This document shows, in pieces, positions 1 through 12,097 of a stretch of 64,000 nucleotides of DNA. The translations under genes and the position numbers were made by a program. The stretch is from assembly GCA_951406725.2 (NCBI GenBank), contig OX597840.1, positions 22,010,001 through 22,074,000 on the forward strand, written 5' to 3'. The notes under the pieces were generated by a model, which worked only from the letters and a program-made list of their open reading frames with translations, ran no database searches and had not been told where the DNA came from. The DNA is from Octopus vulgaris (Eukaryota). How positions within the stretch are numbered: the stretch's first letter is position 1; the number at the start of each line of letters is the position of its first letter.

Positions 1-1435
1 GACAAAAACTATTTTCCTAGTTAGCCTTCCTTTGACGTTACTGCACCTCTTATGTGTCCATAGCTTACACTTGGTGCATCTTATAGAGTATCTACCTACG
101 CCTTTTTTACAGGTCGAGCAGGGCCATCTACCTGAAGACGTTTGTGATTTGTCTAACTTCCTACTTATTAGAACTTTGGTTTTAGCTAGGTTGACTCTAA
201 GGCCATTTGATTCTAGTCCTTGCTTCCACACTTGAAACTTCTCCTCCAGTTCTGATAGTGACTCAGCAATTAGGGCAAGGTCATCAGCATAGAGGATCTC
301 TCAGGGGCATCCTGTCTGGAATTCTTCCGTTATTGCCTAGAGGACTATGATAAATAGGAGGGGGCTGAGGACTGAACCTTGGTGGACCCCAACCTCTACC
401 TGGAATTCTTCACTGTACATGGCTCATACAGCTCCCACTAACCATTCATCTATCCCTAGTTTCCTCATTGATCACCAGATAAGGGATCAGGGAACCCTGT
501 CAAAAGCTTTCTCCATGTCAACAAAAGCCAGGTACAGGGGCTTATCTTCGGCTAGATATTTCTCCTGCAGTTGTCTCACCAGGAGTATGGCATCAGTGGT
601 GCTTTTCCATGGCATGAAACCAAACTGCATCTCGTCCAAGTTGACTCTCTCCCTAATCAGTTGGGCCATGACCCTCATTACCTGATCCAACAGTTTGATA
701 CCTCTGTAATTACTTGTATCTAGGGCGTCACCTTTACTTTTGTAGCAGTTGACTATTATGCTGCTACGCCAGTCATTGGGTATGACTCCTTCGTGTATCA
801 CCTGGTTAACTATACGGGTGACTAGGCTATAGCCGACACTGCCAGATATTTTGAGCATCTCTGCAGTAATTCCTGATGGGCCTTTCCCTGTCTTTATGCT
901 TCTAATTGCCTTAACTACCAAAGAACTGTCAATTCGGATAGCTGGTCCCTCTGTTGGGTCGACATTCGGCAGACTCTCTTTATCCCATTCATTTTCTTTA
1001 TTCAGCAACCTTTCATAGTGGCTTCTCCAAACCTCTCTCTTTGCATCCTCATTTAGCCTTGTCATTTGTCACCAAGTTAGTCTGCAATAGGGTGTCATAG
1101 AATCGGTCTTTCTGTCCTTGTGGTAGCCCCAGTTGAGGGGCATATGCCGAGATGATGGTAGCTGACCTATGGTGAAGCACTAATCTAATCTTAAGTACTC
1201 TGTCACTTACTCCGACTACCTCAATTACCTTATCTACCCATTTCTCTGCAAGAAGTATACCTACACCCCTGACCCCGTCAGTGTTCCCTGCCCAGAAAAT
1301 GTTGTACCTGTGAGTAACCTCCTCTCCACCTTACTTCTTGGATGCAGCACAAATCCACACGTCTCCGTTCAAGCAGCTCAACAATCTCACCAGACCTACC
1401 TTTCAATGTGCCAACACTGAGGGTGTGGGCCTCTG
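1..1435 (-). mobile_element. Decayed RTE-clade LINE, copy 1: APE endonuclease N-terminus joined by an internal deletion to the RT region; runs off the window start
   Basis: Minus strand 1066-1430 reads VGTLKGRSGEIVELLERRRVDLCCIQEVRW...GVGILLAEKWVDKV...TIISAYAPQ (RTE-type endonuclease). ORF 487-1065 has NYRGIKLL, QFGF and AFVDMEKAFDRVP. The first ~125 nt encode a Cys/His cluster. Colinear with 42603-44074. Confidence 0.9.
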
Positions 1436-1769
1436 AGACCCTGGGATGAGGCACAACAGTGTCATGTACCTGAAAAGAAAGCTTGCATGGCAGATATTGT
1501 TTGAAATTGGATTTGTTTTAATGAATTGATGTCTGTATGACAATTTCTCCGTTTTCTTTTTCGTATACATAAAGGGTAATAGACCCATATTCATCAATGT
1601 GAAACTAACATCTTTTAGTATTTCAGTGTTACTCTGGATAAATCTGGGAAACTTGGATGCTGACATCTCTTTTTAAAGAGGTGTTTATATCCTTGAAATA
1701 ATTTTATTTATATATATATATATGAAGAGAGAAGGACTTGAATAATGTAACTACACACATACAGTTGGT

Positions 1770-1920
1770 GATATTTTTCCTTTTCTGGACTTTTCCGTTT
1801 TCCTCTCAGATGAAGAGCTATGCTGGAAACGTCAACAACTCTCTCTTCTTACCGAGTGTCAAACTATTATATTCTATGTGCACGTTCTCTTGTTATTGCT
1901 ATTTTTAATGTTTGATTTTT
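1770..1920 (+). mobile_element. Penelope-like terminal repeat remnant with a degenerate hammerhead motif (1807-1833)
   Basis: CAGATGA-AGAGC-TAT-GCTG-GAAAC-GTC is a mutated CTGATGA...GAAAC...GTC core. A similar motif occurs at 21321-21345 on the minus strand. Confidence 0.4.
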
Positions 1921-2519
1921 CTGTCTCTCTCCCCCCCCCCCCACTGTACACATATATATTTATATATATGTTATATATATATATATATATACATACACGC
2001 ACACAGACATACAGGGTATCTCATACTGATGGGACACATTATATTAGTTTTATTTGCAATTTATTTGGAATGAATGTACTTGTTCCACTCCTAGTTATTT
2101 GCATCTAAATATGTCCCGTCATTATGAAACACCTAACATTATACATACATACACACATATATATGTACATATACATACTTACATATATATACATACATAC
2201 TTATATCAGGTATATATACATTCATATGCATACATACATGTCTTTGTATGTATGTGTATATATATCCAATGTAGGTATATATATCTATCTATCTGTGTTT
2301 GCCTCTGTATCATGAATGCATTTGTCTCTGACTTCCTGTGTGTGGAGTCTCTCCATAAGTGCAGTTATGTCTGTCTGACTGTCTGTCCTGTTCGATATTA
2401 TTGCCATCATTAAAACCACCACAACCTACCAGGACCACCCCTCTCTACCACCGCCGGTTACACAACTACAAACGCCACCACCACCACCACCATCATTATC
2501 TTCTCCATCTCCACCACCA

Positions 2520-3095
2520 AAGCGGAAAGAATTAATGAACGACAGAAGACACGAATAAAAGTGAAAGAAATAAGGAATGAAAGTAGGAAGAAAGAATGAA
2601 TGAATGAAAGCAAGAAAGAAAGACAGAAAGGAAGGAAGGAAAGAAATCCTGAACGAAAGAAAGAAGGAAAGAAATATGACAAAGAAAATAGGTTTTAATA
2701 AATAGAAATATTTATGAAGGAGTCAGGAAAAGAAGAAAAAAGATAATGAATGAGATAATAGAGGAAAGAGAGAAGAGAAGAGAAGAAAAGAAAAGGGGGA
2801 ATAGCAGGGTGGGAGGGGGAAGAGTGGTGGAGAGAGTGAGAGAAGAAAATAGGGAGGAAAGAAAGGAAAACGAGTGAGATAATGGAAGAGAAAGAGAGAC
2901 GAAACAAAGATGAATGGAAAGATGGCTGGGGAGAGAGAATTAAGAGAGAAAGAAGACAAAGGGGATGGGAGAGAAAGATGGATAGAAAGATACTGAGAGA
3001 TAGGACAGAGAGAGACGAATGAGAAGAGAGATAGAAGATAGAGAGAGATAGTGCATTAGAGATAGAGAGAGAGATGAAGAAGGAAGCTGATATAT
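2520..3095. repeat. Polypurine (GA/GAA/AAAG-rich) low-complexity tract
   Basis: Near-continuous purine strand with AAAG, GGAA and AGAT microsatellite patches. Confidence 0.85.
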
Positions 3096-3940
3096 GAAAC
3101 ACTGACAGACGGACGACATTGTACGGTGGTGGATGTTGCGTGTGTAATATTATTATTAGCATCATCTCACGTTGTAATGATAATATTGTCGTAAAGTAGC
3201 CGTGTGCTGGAGTTCCATCCTCATCGCCAACATAACCAGCCAGGCCAACTTATGAATTTGGCTTCGATGGTCGTCACCTAAAAAAGGCAACCAAACAAAC
3301 ACACTCGATTGATATTTACAGACCTCATGTCACCCTCGGCCAAATTTTGGATCCTCGCTCCGATCAAGGTAAAGTTACATTGTTCAAGTTATGTTTTGGG
3401 TGTCAACAGGGTATCAATAAGGTATCGCGGGGTATCTAAGCTCCTGACCTGATTTTCCAAGCGCGATTTTGTCATTTGTCGGGTGGATGTCTCCTTAGCT
3501 TCCTGGTCCTTTTTTTAAACATGATGAAATCCTTTCCTTCAATTTATATCATTATTGTAAAAAAAACAAACAAAGAAAACAAAACAATGACTTTATTAGG
3601 TGTGTAATGTTATATACGTGTGTATGTATGTATGTATATATATATATATATGTGTTACGTTACATGTGTATATTATATATAATGTATAGGTGTTTTATGA
3701 GTGTTTGACTTAAAGACACACATATATAACTGTAAATATCAATGTATGTATGCATGTATGTTCAATACTCTGGTGTGTGTGTGTGTTTTCAGTTCCCTGA
3801 CATACATTTTTTAAATATATTCTATGAGTGCATATACATACATACACACACACATATGTATGTATGCATGCAGGTATGTATGTATGTAGGTATGAACATC
3901 CGTATATATATATATGTATACGTGCATGCATATGTTTGTG

Positions 3941-3975
<35 letters not shown>

Positions 3976-5639
3976 ATAAATGTACATACATAAATGTATC
4001 TGCATCTATGTGTAGTATGAATGTATGTATGTGTGTGTACTTACGTACATATATACATGTGATTTGTGTGTGTATGCGTGCAAGTATGTATGTAATGTTT
4101 GTTGTTATTGGTTTTTGTTGTTGTTTAGCCACAGGTCCACCCTGCTCATGCCGACCTATGATCAAAAGCATACCGACCATGACAATCCCATCTATTTTCA
4201 GGCTATGTACTGTACCAACCAATGTACCTGTTCTTGTTAAGATAACAAAGACAGGGAGGGAAGGTTCGCTACTGTTTCTAGCAGAACAAACGACCACATA
4301 CAAGATCTTTGGCCAACTTGTGTGTGTGTGTATTCAGTAAATATCTGTGTGGCACATGTGTGTGTGTATGTATGAAGGTGTGTATGTAGTTATGTGTGCA
4401 TATATATATATACATGTATATAATAATAATAATGAAATTATTGTATAGTGCTCAGGTGCACCACAAACACATACGTGTGTGTGTACACATGTCTGCGCGC
4501 ATGCTTGTATGTGTATGTATGAATGTGTGTATGCTTGCCTGTGCATATGTGTGCACTTGCACGCCTGCCTGTATGGGTGTTTGAGTGTATGTCTATGTAT
4601 GTAATTGTGTATCCTTCTACGTGCATATGTATGCATGGCTGTGTATATGTGTGTACGCATGCATGTAAACGCATGTGCACTTGTTCATATGTATGTAAGC
4701 GCATGTCCTTGTGCTTAGAGCTATCTTTTCATAATTCAAAGGGTTTATTTTCTCTCCATCTTCCTTAAGGCGTTTTGCAAGCGCAGAGCGATTTTCTATG
4801 GTTTTACCTGTTGTTGCTCAATGCAGGTTCAGTTGCAGGGATACGTGTGCATTTTAATGTTTGCAACACTGAGAGGAGGGGCTTTCGTATTACACTACAC
4901 TGGTCGCTGTTCATTAACAGTCTGGGGTTGTTTCACTAAAAGCCAAAATTTCTATTTCGTTCCAATATGTATTGGTTTACGCTTAAAGGGCAGCTCTGTT
5001 ATTGATTGGGATTTTGAGTTAAGGGCAAGTTTAAGGATTTTGGGGTCCAGAATTTATTAGACTCCCTCCTTGTTTCTCAGAGCATGGCTACATAATAAGT
5101 CAATGTTGTTTTTTCTTCCAACATTTTTAGAATTTTCTATACATTTTCCCAGAAATTTAGAAAATTCCCTCTTCTCCCATAGTGGCGTAGTTGGAATGTG
5201 CTGCTTGGGGCAGCCCTTAACCTTGTGGCCCTCATGTCCACTCTGCCGGATCCCTCATATAAACAGTCTTACGCAGCTGACTCAAAAGTGACTTCCCCAT
5301 AAAATACATATCCCGGGGTAGTCCCCACCTTGATCCTGTACTCTGGACCTCAACAATATAGAGGTTTATACAGCAGACCCAACAGTGTCATCCCCGCAAT
5401 TGAATGCCTCCTGCTGCCTAAACCCTTCTGGTTCTGATATTGTCTTTTATTTTACTCTTTTTCTTCTTCTCCATCTTTCTGTTTGTCCCCAACACCTTTT
5501 TTTAAAATCAATTTTGCACCCCCCCCCTCTTGTTTTTTGTTATTCAATCCCTTTCTTTCCCTAAAGAGTGCTGCCTTCGGCTTTTATGTTGCTATTTGGT
5601 GTGTGTGCCATTTCTGTGGACATATTCGGTTATTGGCAC

Positions 5640-6310
5640 AAACAGCACCGCCACCACCGCTACCATTACTACCACAACCAATGTCGCCAACACCACCACC
5701 ACAATCGCTTTTAGTACTGCAACCATCATCATCATCAACACTACAACAGTCATTACTCTGCCACCACCACTACCAATGCCACCAGAAGGAGGAGGATTTG
5801 CACGGTCGCTCGTCCCGCTAGAAACAGCAGACAAACCTCCCCTCAAATTCATAACCCCTGTAAGGATACATTGGAATACGGCTGGAATACCTTTGGTCAG
5901 GGGTCTGTTTGATCAGGACTGATCTAGGGTTAAACAGCAATACCACCACCACCACCATCACTTACACCACCGCCGCTGCAGCAGAACTGCTTCTATCATC
6001 ATCACCACCACTATATGCTCACTGTAACACTACTACCATCACCATACCATCCACACAACTACACTCATAGCACTATTACTACCACCTCCACCACTACAAC
6101 ACTACTGCCATTGCCCTCATCACCATTCTACCGCCTCCAGCACCACCTCTACTTTTGACCACAGGCCAGCAATATCAGAACTAGCCTTGGGCTAAACAAT
6201 AACACCTCCATCAGCACAACCACTATCCCACCACTGCCACCGTTTCCACTAAAGCACCTGTCATGCCATCTTCAGAACATCCACCGCCAATCCACTCACA
6301 CGACCATCAT
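5640..6310. repeat. Degenerate (ACC/ACT/ATC)n trinucleotide region
   Basis: Runs of accacc, actacc and atcatc. These explain the Thr/Pro/His-rich pseudo-ORFs. Confidence 0.75.
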
Positions 6311-6710
6311 ATCAGATTTTGTAGATTTCTAGCTAGAAGCTACATGATGTTGATGGAAATGGCGGTGGTGGCTTTGTTTTTCTTCTCAAGTAGCGTGTGT
6401 ATTTAAGTGGATGCATTTACACACGTGAGTGCACACACGCATCTATCTATCTGTCTTTTTATCTATCTATCTATCTATCTATATATATATATATATACAT
6501 ATATAAATGTATATATATTTGTGTGTATATATATATACACACACACACAAACACAGACATACACACACGTTAAACAGACTGTGCCACGAGGGATCCCAAA
6601 ATGTAAACCTTTATGCGTTGGTGGCTGTTTGTTCTGCTAGAAAACGTTTCAAATGTACATAAACCCGGTTGGCTTTAATAATAATAATAATGATAATAAT
6701 TTGGAATAAA

Positions 6711-7183
6711 AGACGGTCTATAGCAAATATTCTGCTCAATACCACAGATTTGCTTGTGAATTGTTTGACGTTAACCAGCTGAGCATGTTCCTTGGTGGTT
6801 GATGATCATGAAACAGGAATAATGGGGGAGCATCATAGCCATGTGTTGAGAGAAATTCTTTGGGGTTTGAATAATTCATCTCTGGAAACATAGGTGTTTT
6901 GTTCAACATCTTTAAACAACCTGTATTCGGGTTCTTTTGAGTGGGATGGGCTACTCGACCAAAGAAAATTATAACTGGGCCCCATCTACAAGGCCATGCG
7001 CTGTTTATCTTGATATAAAATCACCATGTCACACACATATGGTTGTGATGCATGTGCCTAGTGTACCCTTATCAGATGGGCAGCCATGATGGGTATACTG
7101 GGCTTCGTATATTTATACTCCAGTGTCACTTTGATGGCATGCACTACTCTCTCACTCAATAATAATAATAATAATAATAATAA
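6711..7183 (+). mobile_element. Unclassified retroposon-like 3' fragment ending in (AAT)n
   Basis: Complex sequence between two (AAT)n runs, ending ...ctctctcactc-(aat)n. Family not identified. Confidence 0.35.
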
Positions 7184-7320
7184 TCCTTTCTACTATTTGT
7201 ACAAGGCCTGAAATTTTGGGGGATAGGGCTAGACAATTACATTAACCACAAAAGGATGAAATCAAAGTTGACCTTGGCAGAATTTGAAGTCAGAACGTAA
7301 TGATGGGTGAAATACTTTTT
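7184..7320 (-). mobile_element. SINE family B fragment
   Basis: Reverse complement matches the ttctgagttcaaattccgccgaggtcgactttgcctttcatcc segment of the 19114-19338 copy. Confidence 0.65.
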
Positions 7321-7761
7321 TGACCAGATCCCTGGGAAACCAACAATCTATGAGAGTCAAAAACTTGGGTTGACATCAACTGCACACATTCTCAGGAAGC
7401 TTCTTTCCCTCTAATACACACGTGCCTTAGGCCTCTGGTTGACACCCGGTCAGAGCATGAAATAAAATGCGATTCAATCGGAAAATAATGATAATGACAA
7501 TAATAATAATAATAATAAATAGACATCCATTGATGTAGTCTTTGATTCCTTGAGAAACAAATAAAACGATTGATAGTAGCTGGACACCTTTTGATCACAA
7601 ATCTGTTAGATGACGGCTGGCCTTGGGTTAAACAATAACACCATCAGCAACAACGACAACGAAGGCTGTCCTATGAGTGAGATGCTTTTTGAGACTATTC
7701 AATTTTTAAATACTGCCATGTACTTACATATTTATACACACACACATATACGTGTATGTGC

Positions 7762-7795
<34 letters not shown>

Positions 7796-8108
7796 TTAGT
7801 GATGCATATAAACACGATTAGGCTATATATATATATATATATATATATTATTATCATCATCATTATTATTATTATTATTATAGAAAACTAAGTGGAGAAT
7901 GCTTCTCTAGATCTCACTGGTTGGCTGTGCGTGTGTGTGTACTTATATATTTGCAAATGTATGTAAGTGTACATGTGTGTGTGTGTATATATATATGAGT
8001 GTGTGTGTATGTATATATGTATGTTGTAAGCTGGCTTTTTGGGGAATGATTTTTGACTTAAACTGTGAGAAATCCCAGACGAGCCCAAGACTTCTCTATT
8101 TATAGATT

Positions 8109-8400
8109 CAGGCATGGCTGTGTGCTAAGAATTTTGCTTCCCAATCCCATGCTTCTGCGTTCAGTCCCACTTCAGGCAAGCTCGTCGTGCATCTGTCTAT
8201 CTGTGTGTTGTCTCCCATCACCGCTTGATAACTGGTGTTGGTTTGTTGACGTCCCCGTAACTCAGCAGTTTGGCTATAAGAAACAGAATAAGTATCAGGC
8301 TTAAAAAAAAAAAGCACAAAGGTCGATTCATTCGACTGAAAGTTCTTCAAGGCGGTGCTCCAGCATGGCCGCAGTCTAATGCCTGAAACAAGTAAAAAGA
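8109..8400 (+). mobile_element. SINE family A (tRNA-like head, CR1-derived 3' tail)
   Basis: A-box-like TGGCTGTGTG and B-box-like GTTCAGTCCC. Tail ggcggtgctccagcatggccgcagtc...ctgaaac. Multiple copies in the window. Confidence 0.8.
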
Positions 8401-8597
8401 TGAAAGATTAATAGATTCTTTTGAAGAATCATCCATGACGGACTTTCAAACAGAAAAAAAATACACAAAGAACAAAGAATGCACGGAAAATGAATTTGAG
8501 ACTGGAGACAGCTTTCTATAAACGAAGCCCAAGGTTCAACAAAGAGAAGATGCTGAGTGGAGTTCATTGCATAAATAGCTTTGTTTAAGATGGGTGG

Positions 8598-8690
8598 TTT
8601 CCAACCACATGGTTCCGGGTTCAGTTCTTCAAGGGAGCGGGGGGGGGGGCTGCATGGCCGCAGTCTAACGACTGAAACAAGTAAAAGATA
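8598..8690 (+). mobile_element. SINE family A, internally deleted copy
   Basis: B-box part (ggttccgggttcagt) joined directly to the tail (gcatggccgcagtctaacgactgaaacaagtaaaaga). Confidence 0.7.
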
Positions 8691-9921
8691 TTGTTTCTCT
8701 TCGTCGTTTTTGTGTCCTCATCTTGTTTATTGCTTTCTCTATGTTTCGGCTTTTGCATGCTCCAGCCATCTTCAGGTGCCTTGTGTTGTACCGGGATTTC
8801 GAACCCCTTTTTTGGATTCCGCTTCTCATTCTGCATTCTGTGTTTTGTGACATTTCTTGCTTTAGTTGATTGGTTGTTAATTACCTCAGTGCATTGCTTG
8901 GAATTGAACTTGGGATTGGCTTACGGGCATAGCGTGGCAGATAAAGACATTGGTTAGTGTAGTGCAATCACCTAGATGTTCTGAGTTCAGTCCCAGGCAT
9001 AGTATTAGGGTAATTCATGATAAAAAAAAGTATAAAGAAAGAAAGGGAGGAAAGAAGAGAGAGAGAAAAGAAAGAATAAGGATTGCATGTGAGAAGGAGA
9101 AGTATGAATAAAAGGAGTGATAGGATGAGGATTACAGTTGTGTTATGGGGTTGTCATGGTTGGGCTCGAGATATGGAGTTATGAAGGATTTTTCAATTAC
9201 AAAAATATATTGATTAGGAATTAGATTTCTGAAATAAAACGTGTATGCAAACACGTACTTGAGTATATACGTACAGACATACACAACTACTGAATATAGA
9301 TATATTCACACAGAAGCAGAGATATACATGCACACGCACACACACATGTGGAGGGTTTTAGAGAAAGTGGCAACTATAACACAATCCAATGGTTTCCGTT
9401 GCTTTTAGACACAATTGTGAAACACTAAACCAAAACACAGAATAAGCTTAGAAAACTTATTGCTTAATGTCGCCACAAGCGAAAATATATATTTAGATGC
9501 TCCACAGGTATATCAACAACAACAACCTAAAAATCCTTATAACAAAAAAAAAGAATGTTATCCTTCTATTTCGGAATATCCTCTTCTATGTGGCAATCTT
9601 CTAAACTCATCAGAAATAAATGAATACAGCATAATTCAATAACTTGAAGTAGTTCTTCAGAAACTAACTCATTTTCAAACACTCACATAAGGTGGGGGGA
9701 GGGAGGATTATTCACGCAAACGTATGTGCATGTGTGGGTATCTATAAGTATAAATGTATGCATATATATGTATGTTTATCTATCAATCTGTTTATCTCTC
9801 TGTCTTCTATCCATCCATCCACCTACCTGCCTGTCTATCTATCTATCGCAATCTGATCACATGAGTCAACTCTCTCATGTGACCAGGATACGAAACATCC
9901 AGAGAGTTCATTTATCTTCAA

Positions 9922-10275
9922 TCTTTTATCATTTGTTTCACTGTGGCCATACTGGGGCACTGCCTTCAAGAGTTTTAGTTCAATGAACAATCCCACAGTA
10001 CTTATTTTTTTAAAGCCTGGTACTTATTCTATCAGTCTCTTTTGCCAAATCGCTTTGTTGCGGGGACATAAACACACCAACACCAGTTGTCAAGCAGTGG
10101 TGGGGGACAAACACACACACATACATATACAATGGGATTCTCTCAATTTCCATCTTCCTAATCCACAATGCTTTTTGTTGGCCCAAGGCTATAGCAGAAG
10201 ACACCCAAGTTGCTATGCAGTGGGACTGAACCCGGGACCATGTGATTGATAAGCAAACGTCTAGCCACACCTGTG
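9922..10275 (-). mobile_element. SINE family A
   Basis: Reverse complement contains ggtcccgggttcagtcccactgc, the central cttgggtgtcttctgctatagcc segment and the ggcagtgccccagtatggccacag tail. Confidence 0.8.
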
Positions 10276-10629
10276 TCTGAACATCTTTTCTGATTTCCTC
10301 TCTTCTTCTCAGAGAAGCAATATTATTCGTTTCGTCTGAAAATTCCTTTGTAACAAAGCATTTGAAAGCCTCAGACTCGGTTCAAAGTGTGAAACCCTGT
10401 CTTCTGGATTTTCTCACATTGAAACCAAGCCTTTAGAGTTTCTTGTCTGTTTTGCTAAAACTCTTCGGCCCTCCATCCCAAATGACTGCTTTAACAGTCT
10501 ATTCCAGCTTCAAGAAGTCTTTGTAATCTCATCAACATTCGGTCTTCTGAGACTTCAAAAATATTTAAGAGATTGCAACATACCAGTGTATCCATTCTGT
10601 TTCAAAGGGTGCAAACCATCCAGTTAAAC

Positions 10630-11157
10630 CAGGGCCGGATTAAGACCCAAACAGACCCTAAACACTTAAAAGATTTTGATTTCCCTCAGCAAGATAAAAA
10701 ATGTTTATTTTTGCATAGTTCCAGTTTGTTTATATATGAAAAGTTTTCTCCTACCTTTTTTTTAATTGCAAAGTCTTTGATCAGAAGATCCTCACTATGA
10801 CACCATGAACATTTCAAAATTATATTTCCAATCATATAAACCACTTCCAACATTATTAGCATACGCACACACATCACACTTTGCTATGACACCATGAAGA
10901 ACACTTCGAAACTATATTTCTGATCATATAAACCACTTTAAATATTATTTTATCAAGTTTAAAGAGATTTCTTTTGTGCTGTAAACGATTTACCATTTCT
11001 GTGGTGCCCCACCTCCTTCCCCTCATCATCTAAACACAATTTCATTTTACTTAAGGGTTAATTTTTGTGCCGTGAACCATTTGCCATTTCTGTGGTGACC
11101 CTTTCCCTTGATGCCCTAAGCATGTACTTATTTTACTTAATGGTTAATCCATCGTTG
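10630..11157. mobile_element. hAT-like MITE
   Basis: Left terminus CAGGGCCGGATTAA and degenerate right terminus TTAATCCATCGTTG. Flanking 8-mers agttaaac (10622-10629) and aattaaac (11158-11165) match 7/8, consistent with an 8-bp TSD. Short internal duplications are present. Confidence 0.65.
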
Positions 11158-11318
11158 AATTAAACCCTTCAGAGAAAAATCTAGATTGCCCTGTATGCTT
11201 AAAATCCTTCATTTTCATCGGCATCCAGAAAAGATCCTGCAATTTTCAGATATTCAATTTCAGCTATACTAGTCACTGCCTTTTCTTCAAATGAGCTGCA
11301 CATGGTACTTCATCTGCA

Positions 11319-11440
11319 CTTATTCTTTGTAAGCCCACTACTTATTCTTTCGGTATCTTTTGCTGAACTGCTCAGTTACAGGGACGTAAACACACCAGCA
11401 TCAGTTGTCAAGTAATGTTGGGGGACAGACACTGACACAC

Positions 11441-11477
<37 letters not shown>

Positions 11478-11636
11478 ACAGGCTTTTTTCAGTTTCCCTC
11501 TACCAAATCCACTCACAAGGTTTTGGTCATCCCGAGGCTATAGTAGAAGACATTTGCCCAAGGTGCCACGCAGTGGGACTGAACCTGGAACCATGTGGTT
11601 GGTTAGCAAGCTACTTACCACACAGCCACTCCTGCA
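11319..11636 (-). mobile_element. SINE family A (tail truncated)
   Basis: Reverse complement begins gcaggagtggctgtgtggtaagtagcttgct...ggttccaggttcagtcccactgcgtggcaccttgggcaa. Internal (TA)n run. Confidence 0.85.
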
Positions 11637-11879
11637 CATATGCTTGTCAGACTTTCACTGATTTCTTCATGATAGATCCATTACTGGCCGACTGACCACA
11701 GATATTTTCACTTATGTTCACTCAGAACTTGTGTTTTGTTGAACATATATAACTTTTTTTTTATCGGCAACAATGTTAGGAATCTACCCTGGTGTCTTCC
11801 ATTGTAACTGTATGGACAAACAGCCACCGGTCAAGCACAGAGTCAACAATAACAGTGTAATATATGTGATATCATGCAA

Positions 11880-12097
11880 GTGATGCGCTGGCAGAATGGT
11901 CAGCACACTGGGCAAAATGTCAAGCATTGTTTCATCCGTCTTTGCTTTCTGAGTTCAAATGCTGCAGGGGTCCACTTTGCATTTTATCCTTTCAGTGGTC
12001 AATAAAATAAGAATCAGTTTACCACTGGGGGGTTGATGTAATCAACTTGGCTCCTCTCCCAAAATTGCTGGCCTTGTGCCAAAATCTGAAACTAATA
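11880..12097 (+). mobile_element. SINE family B, diverged
   Basis: gctggcagaa...ttctgagttcaaat...ctttgcattttatcctttc...ggccttgtgccaaaa matches the other family B copies. Confidence 0.75.

Noticed and set aside
2458-3165. Hydrophobic Leu/Ser/Phe-rich minus-strand ORFs
   Set aside because: Translation of a polypyrimidine tract.
5483-5922. Thr/Pro-rich ORFs resembling mucin or membrane proteins
   Set aside because: Derived from (ACC/ACT)n low complexity; no domain or convincing splice structure.
7050-7120. Minus-strand CTGATAAG as a possible hammerhead core
   Set aside because: No correctly placed GAAA or consistent stems found.
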